A stretch of DNA of 53,383 nt from Tubiluchus corallicola. Taxonomy: Eukaryota; Animalia; Priapulida. Made by a program: the position numbers and the translations under genes. The stretch spans positions 1 to 53,383 of the forward strand of contig JAQGDQ010001233.1 of the NCBI GenBank assembly GCA_030141605.1. The letters are read 5' to 3'. The notes below the pieces were generated by a model, which saw only the letters and a program-made list of their open reading frames with translations, was not told the DNA's origin and did no database searches. Position 1 is the first letter of the stretch. Each line of letters starts with the position of its first letter. This document shows positions 43,715 through 53,383 of this stretch, piece after piece.

Positions 43715-44674
43715 TCAGAAAACCAAGTGAGTGAGTTCCTTATCGCAAAAGAATATCTTCTTCATGGCTCTGCGAAATTCTTTTAACTTGGCGGTGTAGA
43801 TGAACACGTTAAACAGCGAGTTGCAGACGAATAGGAGGTAGAACCAGTACTTAGTTGCTGGGTCGACATTCAGTGAGTCCGGCCCGTAATAATCAAGTAG
43901 GTTAACAATGACGCCTGGAACCGCCATCAGGTACAGCACGCCTACAGTAATGCCCACAGTCCTGGCAAGTTTCAGCTTTGCCTGTAACTCTGTGCCCCCG
44001 GTCTCAGAGGTCAACACTCCGGGTGCACAGTGAATTGCCCTCATATGTCTCCTGGCCACCCTTACCATCGACGCGTAAAAGTAAAAAATGAGGAGAAAAC
44101 TAACAAGGGGAATAGGTGCGAATACGGCCACGTTTCCAAAGTTGTACGGGGTCCTGCCGCTAGATGGCGAACACTGGTACACTCGCGATTCCGTGCTGAC
44201 GTAAACTACTAAATTGTTCAAGGCCGCTAGAAGGCAGCCACTCCAAATGACAACCATGGTTGTCAGAAACGTGCATCTGGTCACCCATCTGATGTAAAAC
44301 ATTGGATGGACGATACTGAGGTACCTCTCGAACGTAGCGGTCAGATACATGTAAAATGAAACGGCTAGGAAGGCGTATCCAAACATGTACAGCACCCCGC
44401 AAGAGACTACGTCCTCCCTCCAATAGTCCCTCGTAATAAGAAACGCTGTGCCAAATATTGTCGAATAAACTCCAACGCACAGGTCACCAACGGCAAGATT
44501 GCACAGAATGAAGTACGTTACCGTATGCAAAGATGGCGATCTCGCAATGGTGACGATGACTACAGCGTTGCCGGCAATGATGTGGATGCCCAGGAGCAGG
44601 AAGAAGACGTTTCTGGCATCTGATGAAAACTCCGATTCCAAGATCGTCTCGGAGGACAGATTTGCTGCTGCCAT
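43715..44674 (-). CDS. Intronless class A GPCR, 319 aa, different subfamily from the cluster (G7)
   Basis: N-terminal NLS sequon, GN, NLAVGD, Cys at the top of TM3, ERY, ECL2 Cys, NVFIY for NPxxY, EFRRAM helix 8. Confidence 0.92.
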   Translation of the reverse strand: MAAANLSSETILESEFSSDARNVFFLLLGIHIIAGNAVVIVTIARSPSLHTVTYFILCNLAVGDLCVGVYSTIFGTAFLITRDYWREDVVSCGVLYMFGYAFLAVSFYMYLTATFERYLSIVHPMFYIRWVTRCTFLTTMVVIWSGCLLAALNNLVVYVSTESRVYQCSPSSGRTPYNFGNVAVFAPIPLVSFLLIFYFYASMVRVARRHMRAIHCAPGVLTSETGGTELQAKLKLARTVGITVGVLYLMAVPGVIVNLLDYYGPDSLNVDPATKYWFYLLFVCNSLFNVFIYTAKLKEFRRAMKKIFFCDKELTHLVF

Positions 44675-44899
44675 CGTGCGACAGAACCAGAAGAAAGAAA
44701 CGGATTACTCTGTCTTCTGCTGATGACATGGCCATCATGGCACACGCAAGCTGCGTGTTAGACTTAATGAGCTTCATATGTGCTTATGTTTGCATATTCT
44801 AGCTTTGATACTGAGCGCCACCTACCTGTGCGTTCTCGAAGCAAAAATCCAATAATTCTTAAATCGCTAATGTTCTCACGGAAAATATCACAAGAACAA

Positions 44900-45770
44900 C
44901 GATAATCAGTTTTTGTTAATACAAAAATATGATACAATTCATGAATACTGCGCTAGAGACCTAAGAAGCTAGCTTATGGTAGGCCACTAGAATTAGTTAC
45001 GAAAAAATTACAATATGTACAGATATGTACAATATTACAATATATACAAATATAAATACGGGTGGGTAGTAATAAAAATATTATTATACTAGAGGGGAAG
45101 TTTTTGAAAATGAAAAACAACAAATCATGATTGAGTGATCAGTTATATGTTTCAAGTAAATTTAATTTATATTTTTTTAAATATGGAAAGCGAGTTGACG
45201 TTTTTAATAGCTGGAGCAATTGAATTCCATATGTAAGGGACATTGTAGTTAATGGAAAATTTTCTAACATTAGTGTTGCACTGTATGTAGTGATAGTTCA
45301 GTCTATATCGTGTGCCGTAATTATGTATCTCAGCATTCAAACAAAAATAATCAGTAAATAAGGGAGGCAATAATTTATGAGAGAATTTGTACATAAAAAT
45401 GGCAGTTTGGAACTTATTAATGTTTAGAAAGTTTAGTCTTTTAAATATTGGCGGTGTATGGTCCTGATAACCTGTCAATCGACTGGAGTATGTGCTTCCC
45501 CAAATAATGTTTGAATTATTTAGATATGGTAAAAAAAGAGAATTATATAATAATACAAGTACTGAGTTAGGCAATATGTGTCTAACGCTGTATAATGATT
45601 TTTGAGATTTTGCTTTCGATAAATCTAAGATGTTCTTGCCAAGTTAGATGTTCATCTATGATGATGCCTAAGAACTTAGTATATTTTACTTGATTTATTG
45701 GAACTTCATCGATTTTTACTGTAAGATTACTAGGGATTCTTTTATTTTTATTCCTGAATACAATAAATTA
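44900..45770 (-). mobile_element. Degenerate L2/Crack-like LINE 3' fragment
   Basis: LYNSLFLPYLNN.NIIWGST, HTPPIFKRLNFL, HNYGTR, WNSI; 3' UTR shared with 5257-5635. Confidence 0.8.
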
Positions 45771-45909
45771 ATCAAACGCTACTGATATAATTAACTATAC
45801 CTATAGGTAAGAACGCTAAAGAAACAACAAATGCCACAACAACTAGTAAAGATACATAGCTGACATCATTCTTCTTCTGATATTGTTACTTAAACTTTCA
45901 CTAGTTGTT

Positions 45910-46640
45910 TGGTTCATGGGTGACGTGAATGCACAGATTGACGGCAACAGACACGGACTGGAGCGTGTAATCAGGCCACATGGATCAGCTTAAGGAACAA
46001 ACGGCAACGATGAACATTTCCTAATGTTGTGCAATCTAAATGGACTCTGCATTGGAAACACCTATTTTGCCCACAAGACCATCCACAAGAAGACATGGAG
46101 ATCGCCAGATGGGAATACCGTGAATGAAATCGACTGCATCTGTATCAGCAAGAGACGGAGATCAGCACTGAAATGTGTGAAAGTGTGCCGTGGAGCTGAT
46201 GTGGAGCTGCCGTGGAGCTGGTGTGGAGCTGATGTGGAGCTGATGTGGGTTCTCATCATCACTTAGTTCAAGGAAAAATCCAGCTCAAACTGAAAAAGAG
46301 ATACAGAAGCCAAAAATCGCCAAACCTTTTGCGGTTGAAAAATTAAAAGACCAACAAAAAGTAAGGAGGTTTGAACTTGCACTTAGCAACAGATTTGAAC
46401 CACTACTACCAGCCAGCAGTATTGAAGAACAATGGAAAATATTCAAGGAAGCACTAACAACAGTTGCAGATAAACAGAAGAAGGGGAACAGGAACCAAAT
46501 GTAGATACAGGAAAAAAACTTGGGAATTAATAGATCAAGCAAGAGAGAGACCTATCAAAAACACTAGAAAGCAAGAGCCAAGCCAATGAGAAGTACCAAC
46601 TGGCAGATAGAGCAGTGAAAGGAAGTTGCAGAAGGGAAGA
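45910..46640 (+). mobile_element. Degenerate RTE-clade LINE fragment (end of APE endonuclease and linker)
   Basis: MGDVNAQI, LCIGNTYFAHKTIHKKTWRSPDGNTVNEIDCICIS, RGADV..SHHHLV. Confidence 0.85.
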
Positions 46641-46877
46641 TGGTTTGACTTATGGAAAGACTGAAAAAACTTATGTAACCAGAAAAGAAAATTATGAATT
46701 ATTTAAAATGTTTTCAACAATTGGCAAACTCACTAACCGAAAACGTATTTTTAATCTTACTGAAAATATACAGTAATTTAAAATTTTACTTAGGTAGTGA
46801 CCTGTGCACTATGAATTCTCTGATTATTTTTTTCAAACTTTACTCAGTGTTATCTAAACTTGTTTCAAATGGCTTAT

Positions 46878-47085
46878 CGTCAAAATGGCTGCGTCTAACG
46901 GTCAAAATGATCTTGATTTAGTAACACGTTTCCCTGTACAGCTTTAAGCAGTTTAAAAGCCCATAAAGGTCAAATAAGTCAGTCGCCTTACACACCACAA
47001 ACAGTTACCATCATAAAGTATTTCGTTTATATAAATGTGTGTAAGGGCAATATACGACCATAAACACACGACTTTGAATATATGA
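46878..47085. repeat. Fragment of the dispersed family seen at 605-810
   Basis: cgtcaaaatggctgcgtctaacggtcaaaatgat...gtttccctgtacagctttaagca shared. Confidence 0.85.
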
Positions 47086-47303
47086 AAAGTCAGGAATTTC
47101 TCTCACCGCCTGATTGGTACCAATACAGTTGACATTAAATAAAATGATGTTTGATGTTTGAATTGATAAATTAATTACTTAATTAGTAACGTGTGCGCTA
47201 CGAATGCTCTGATTATTTTTCTCAAACTTCATGCATTGTTATCTAAACTTGTTTAAAACGGCATCTTTAATTCTCAGCTAATAGGGTCCATTCAGACTGA
47301 AAT

Positions 47304-47935
47304 GCTTAATGGCACCCCCTTACCTTAATGTTTATTGAATTTACAATCGTTGACAGTCCTAAACAAACCTATTCCTGTTTCTGCATCTGGGCTTAATGGC
47401 ACCCCATACCTTAGTGTTTAATGAATTTACAATCGTTGACAGTCCTAAACAAACCTATTCCTGTTTCTGCATCTGGGCTTAATGGCACCCCATACCTTAG
47501 TGTTTAATGAATTTACAATCGTTGACAGTCCTAAACAAACCTATTCCTGTTTCTGCATCTGGGCTTAATGGCACCCCTTACCTTAGTGTTTAATGAATTT
47601 ACAATCGTTGACAGTCCTAAACAAACCTATTCCTGTTTCTGCATCTGGGCTTAATGGCACCCCATACCTTAGTGTTTAATGAATTTACAATCGTTGACAG
47701 TCCTAAACAAACCTATTCCTGTTTCTGCATCTGGGCTTAATGGCACCCCATACCTTAGTGTTTAATGAATTTACAATCGTTGACAGTCCTAAACAAACCT
47801 ATTCCTGTTTCTGCATCTGGGCTTAATGGCACCCCATACCTTAGTGTTTAATGAATTTACAATCGTTGACAGTCCTAAACAAACCTATTCCTGTTTCTGC
47901 ATCTGGGCTTAATGGCACCCCCATACCTTAGTGTT
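47304..47935. repeat. 86-bp minisatellite, ~7 near-perfect copies
   Basis: gcttaatggcacccc at 47304, 47391, 47477, 47563, 47649, 47735, 47821, 47907. Confidence 0.97.
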
Positions 47936-47985
47936 CATCTTTTCTATTCACCTTTCATACAGTAGGTACAGTAGGATATGTACAG

Positions 47986-48395
47986 TAGGGGTGAGCATCG
48001 AACGTTCGAATTCGAACGCTCGAATTCGATTCGAACGAGTTTTTTTAGTTCGAACTCGATTCGAATCCAAAACTATAGATTCGAACAATTCAGCACTTAA
48101 ATCACATAAGTTCCTGATCATTAAAACGATTAAAACAACATGCAATTAACATAATTTAGTTGTTATTTCTGCGCACAACTTTAAGCAAATTACTAGTCGT
48201 TTTATTGCAGAACAAAATCTAGTGATATGCATGATCTTTGTAAGACAAATTTTTACTGGTGGTTCGAAAACTAGTTCGAAAATCGTTTAATCTCAATTCG
48301 AATTCGAAACACTGAAGTTCTGTTCGATTCGAATTCGTAAGTCACAAATTCGGTTCGATTCGAATTCGCTTTCTGGTAGAGAATGCTCACCCCTA
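47986..48395. mobile_element. hAT-type MITE with 13-bp TIR, 8-bp TSD and subterminal TTCGAA arrays
   Basis: atgtacag|taggggtgagcat ... atgctcaccccta|atgtacag. Confidence 0.93.
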
Positions 48396-48444
48396 ATGTA
48401 CAGTACAGTAAAAATTCTCCCAGAGATGGCACGACCATCATGTT

Positions 48445-49380
48445 AACACGTTCACTCAGTACCAAGTTCAACTACACGTTCACTCAGTACTAAGTTCAAC
48501 TACACGTTCACTCAGTACCAAGTTCAACAACACGTTCACTCAGTACTAAGTTCAACAACACGTTCACTCAGTACTAAGTTGAACAACACGTTCCCTCATT
48601 ACTAAGTTCAACAACACGTTCACTCAGTACTAAGTTCAACAACACGTTCACTCATTACTAAGTTCATCAACACGTTCATTCAGTACTAAGTTCAACAACA
48701 CGTTCACTCAGTACCAAGTGCAACAACACGTTCACTCAGTACTAAGTTCATCAACACGTTCACTCAGTACCAAGTGCAACAACACGTTCACTCAGTACTA
48801 AGTTGAACAACACGCTCACTCAGTACTAAGTTCAACAACACGTTCACTCAGTGCTAAGTTCAACAACACGTTCATTCAGTACTAAGTTCAACAACACGTT
48901 CCCTCATTACTAAGTGCAACAACACGTTCATTCAGTACTAAGTTGAACAACACGCTTACTCAGTACTAAGTTCATCAACACGTTCCCTCATTACTAAGTT
49001 CAACAACACGCTTACTCAGTACTAAGTTCATCAACACGTTCCCTCAGGACTAAGTTCATCAACACGCTCACTCAGTACCAAGTTCAACAAACGTTCACTC
49101 AGTTCTAAATTCAACAAAACGTTCACTCAGTACAAAGTTCAACAACACGTTCACTCAGTACTAAGTTCATCAACACGTTCACTCAGTACTAAGTTCAACA
49201 ACACGTTCCCTCATTACTAAGTTCAACAACACGTTCCCTCAGTACTAAGTTCAACAACACGCTTACTCAGTACTAAGTTCATCAACACGTTCGCTCAGTA
49301 CTAAGTTCATCAACACGTTCACTCAGTACTAAGTTGAACAACACGTTCACTCAGTACTAAGTTCAACAACAAGTTCACTC
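48445..49380. repeat. 28-bp minisatellite, ~33 copies
   Basis: Unit aacacgttcactcagtactaagttcaac with variants. Confidence 0.97.
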
Positions 49381-50062
49381 GTGTTAGCTGACGCTTGTTT
49401 AGACTCAATCTCATTTTAATTTACTGTCCAAAATATACATTTTCTTGCCTACAAAAGTTAGCAATTGTTTCTTATATTTGAATAATTAGCTTAGAAAGTT
49501 AATTAGCGGCTACCGAACACAGCTATAGCTTACGTCAGAAACTAACCACAGTTTGTGCAATAACAGGCATCTTCCTTTGCGCGTCAAGCACGTTTGCGTA
49601 AGTGTTACTGCTTAAACGCTTGATGTCACAAAAATGGGCTCTACGTCATATGATGTCAGAACCTAACTCTGCAGTTCGTGACCATGTTTATCACGGTATC
49701 GCCTTCTATTTGGTGACCACGCGAATCTGACAAAAAGGCACCGTTGCCAATCTTAGTAGATTCACAGAGGCGCGCGTAGCTTTGAAAGTTTAACGAAATT
49801 TGAGTATCCGTGGTAATTATTATTTAATCTAAGCTTTGATTTAAAAAAAGCTATTGTAGTTTTTCAATATTTTAGAACATTTTTCATTCTGAACTAATGT
49901 TTACACAATCATCCGGTTTTCATTTAACGAAAGTTTGTTAGTTCTAAACAAGTCTGACAGATTGAAACATTTTGTTATGGGATGTTACACTAATGGCTTT
50001 TGTGCAAGTATCTTAATAAGCATTGGCTGTATTGGCCCAATGACTGTGCGACGGTCTGTTCG

Positions 50063-50571
50063 GTCTTTTTAATGCAAAAGCTACCCGTAGATGGCGCCAG
50101 CATGCGACTAAGTCTTAGAAATTTTGTCTTGGTGGTTGAGCTATTAAGCTTCAATTAGGACTTTTTCTCGTCACCACTTGTGTCTAGTGTTCATGGTACT
50201 GAACTTGTAATCTAAAGGTTCCTGGTTCAATTCTAATGCTTGCACATTTGTTATTTTCACGTGTTTTTTAATGTTAAAAATCAATAATTATAGGTCATAT
50301 CATGTCCAGTCTTTTTAATGCAAAAGCTACCCGTAGATGGCGCCAACATGCGACTTAGTCTTAGAAATTTTATCTTGGTGGTTGAACTATTAGGCTCCAA
50401 TTCTCGTCACCACTTGTGTCTAGTGTTCATGGTACTGAACTTGTAACATAAAAGTTCCTGGTTCAATTCTAATGTCTGCCCTTTTGTTATTTTCATCCAT
50501 TTTTCTGTTTAAAAATCAATAATTATAGGTCATATCATGTTCAGTCTCTTTAATACAAAAGCTACCCGTAG
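50063..50571 (+). repeat. ~240-bp tandem repeat (just over 2 copies) containing a decayed tRNA-like segment
   Basis: aaaagctacccgtag three times; each full unit has tgtctagtg...acttgtaa...ggttcaattc. Confidence 0.8.
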
Positions 50572-52037
50572 CTGTTGGATATATTAACTTGTACGCAAAA
50601 AGGAAATTTTTAGGCCAACAGGTTTCTTTCTGGACGTTGTTTACGTTGTTTATGTGCAGACTTTACGGTCCATATGTAGTTGGTGCACTTTGCTTTGGCA
50701 AATATCAACTCAAATAAGATTATTCTACAATTAGAATTTTCTGTTTTTTCTCCTAGGCCTCGTGCAGACATGCAATAAAAGTCCTTAAATTAAAAATTGC
50801 ATGTCTCTGCGTAAGGACTTAGTTAACTTTTGTTTGTTTTCGTAGTTCACAAGTCACAAAAGTAAAAAAATACAATTAGTTTATTTTTAAACCAACACAA
50901 AAATAATTGTGCGGTATTTTTCGGACTGCAGACCGCCAAAACTAAATGGGCAATGTGAGAAATCTCTTGAGCAGGAAACAAAATGTTTAAATAGAATTTG
51001 GTTTCCAAAAGTTTTGATTTTTGTGCATTTTAGATTTTTCGCTTGATTTTTTAGTGGGGTAATTTTTTAATGGTGTAAAAATAAACAGCTAGCGATGCAC
51101 TCTATTGCAGTTATTAATAACTGACTGCTGGCGCCATCTGTAGCACTGTCTACTAAACAAATTTGTGGCAAGTGGAATTTTTATAAAATTACTTGTATGC
51201 AATAGATTAATTTTCCTTAAAAAGACTTTACTAATTGTAAGAATTTTACTAATTAGGTGACCCGTGGATTTTGTATTCACAGACATTTAATGAGCCCTAA
51301 AAGCCCTGAAAAGAATTAACATGGTAATAAATTATTTGATTATTGGAGAATCGAGAAAACCTGAACGATAACAAAATTAATGAAGTAATGTAGAAATTTA
51401 ATAGAAAGTTTGATATTTTTAATTAAGGTGTTACTAGGGCATTCTGCCCCATTATTTATATGCCTGCATACTGTACCAAAAAGTGAAAAGAGAGTCATAC
51501 ATCGAATTAAATGCACTTCAGAACTATGCTTTACGATTAGTTAATGGTCATTCTTTGAAATCATCTCACAATACAAGTAAATATTATTGTGAAAGTTGTA
51601 ACTGTATATTTTAGGTGGTGCCATCTCTTGATTAGTTACTTTAACATTTTACTAGTTCAATTCACCCCTAGTACAATTGTTCGGTCCAGTGAATATTCAA
51701 ACTCACTGGATCTCCCCTATTCTACTGTAATGGGATATGTGAAGCCAAGTTTTTGCATAGTTCTCTACATTTGTAAACTGGCTAGATTTCACTTCTGGCC
51801 ACTGTCTACTTATTCGTGATCAGTGCAGGACACTCTGGTCCTCGGTGCAGCAGTCATGTTACATATAACTATGTAGTGCAATAAAAGTGTTTTAGTTTTG
51901 TGCAAACATGTAATCTGGTGTTTAGTTGTTTCTACAAGTGTACAATTTCATAAATAACTTTCACAATTATAATCACTAGAAATTAAGTCTATTAATAGAC
52001 GACTAAAAGCATAGCTGACGACTGATCTCAGGTCCTC

Positions 52038-52177
52038 TTATTCCCACTTTGAGTTGTCATCGCATGATACACAGTAGCAGTTATAGTCACAGTTGCAAAA
52101 GCCAGTATAGTTCCGGGGGCCACCAGCATTGACCCCGCCGCGTTGGCACATGCGGTGACATTCAGGTGTATGGTTTC
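52038..52177 (-). CDS. Possible terminal exon of a small cysteine-rich (defensin-like) peptide
   Basis: Acceptor tttttacgtttatgtag, then GC-richer NHTPECHRMCQRGGVNAGGPRNYTGFCNCDYNCYCVSCDDNSKWE*. Confidence 0.4.
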
Positions 52178-53383
52178 CTACATAAACGTAAAAAGTCATT
52201 AAACGAATTAATGTGCAAAATGCAAAGAAACGTGAAAAGCTCAGTAAACACAAACGTAAATTTATTTCGCAGGAAACATCTTCAAAATATACAATGCGCA
52301 TGCGCTACGTCTCAGGTACGTGGCTAGCTATGATTGGTGTAAATTTATCATGAATAAAGTTATTGTAATAAATCGGATAATTTAATTAAATTAAACAATC
52401 ATTTAACCACAAAATACCAAAACGCAAGAGTCACCAATCATAAACCCTGTGCAGTTGAAATCTGAATGCTGCTGGTTTCGAGAGTTTCAAACTGCTTTTA
52501 TAAAAAAGAAAAAAGAGAAAAAGGAAATTTACAAGAAAAGAGAAGAAAACGAAAAGTGCTCGCTTTTCCTCTTTAGATTCATTGAGCCAAATCATACGAT
52601 ACACTGTGTAGAGTAAAGAATCTTATTTTCCTAATTACGTGACCTTCTCTTTTATGCTATTTACTGTACTTATATAATTTGAAAACACATTCTGATCAAA
52701 TATTTAAAATCTATTTTTCAACGTAATAATAATAACACTAATAATAATAATAATAATAATAATATAGTAATAATGATAATGATAATGAAAATGTAATGAC
52801 ACTTTTTTATATTATATTAATTCTTTATTTGTCACAAAAATGGTTCACTCATTATAATAAAATTGAGTCATTATATCTGTATACACGTAGCTTTAATTTG
52901 AATACAGTAGCAATGCCGGGTCTACAAATTCGGTATCTTCATTCAACAGATCAGCCACAAATTTTCACCCAAAAGTAGGTAAATCTTGATTTAAGCAAAA
53001 ACATCAAGGAGGTTACACGTGTATATGTAATTTCGAACGTGATATCCACATACAATACAAGCTTCATTCCTTATATATATCTGGCAGAGGGGTTAGCAGC
53101 CGAAATTCGACTCTCAAGTTCCTCCTGATGACTCCAAAAAACCTGTATTTGTATTTATCGTTTTTGTATCCTTACTCCTTTCATAACGTACTCCTTGAAA
53201 AATATTATAACTATACGTATACAAAATTTCTCTCCATTAACGCAAACTATTTTATAATTATTAATTACAATCCTGCAAAAATAAAAACATAATCACCTCT
53301 CAAAAAGCTAAAAATTATAATATGTAAAACCTACTCCCATGACCCTCGTTATCCAAACTTTTTCTTATCCTGTTCTTGCTGAC

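Noticed and set aside
48445-49380. CRISPR-like appearance of 28-bp repeats (also 32170-33953, 47304-47935)
   Set aside because: Head-to-tail units with no unique spacers, no cas genes, eukaryotic context.

Overview
AT-rich, repeat-dense animal (probably marine invertebrate) genomic DNA; there are no prokaryotic features or CRISPR arrays. (1) About 518-17005 is a near-identical inverted duplication with arms of ~6.6 kb and a spacer of ~3.2 kb. Each arm carries an orphan terminal exon of a TSPEAR-like (EAR/EPTP repeat) gene with an in-frame TAG, a ~1.1 kb trinucleotide tract and nested LINE/MITE fragments. (2) 18421-37088 is a head-to-tail array of intronless, very compact class A (rhodopsin-like) GPCRs: five intact, one broken by a single TGA, and one 3' remnant. 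They almost lack ECL2, lack the TM3-ECL2 cysteine pair, have a CxxC in ECL3, and show patchwork near-identity suggestive of gene conversion, as expected of a lineage-specific chemoreceptor-like repertoire. (3) Downstream lie a 5S rRNA-headed SINE-like element, a 5'-truncated R2-type retrotransposon outside rDNA, an unrelated intronless GPCR on the minus strand, LINE fragments, MITEs, several minisatellites and a possible cysteine-rich peptide exon. Family assignments come from motif recognition by eye and recalled sequences, not database searches.
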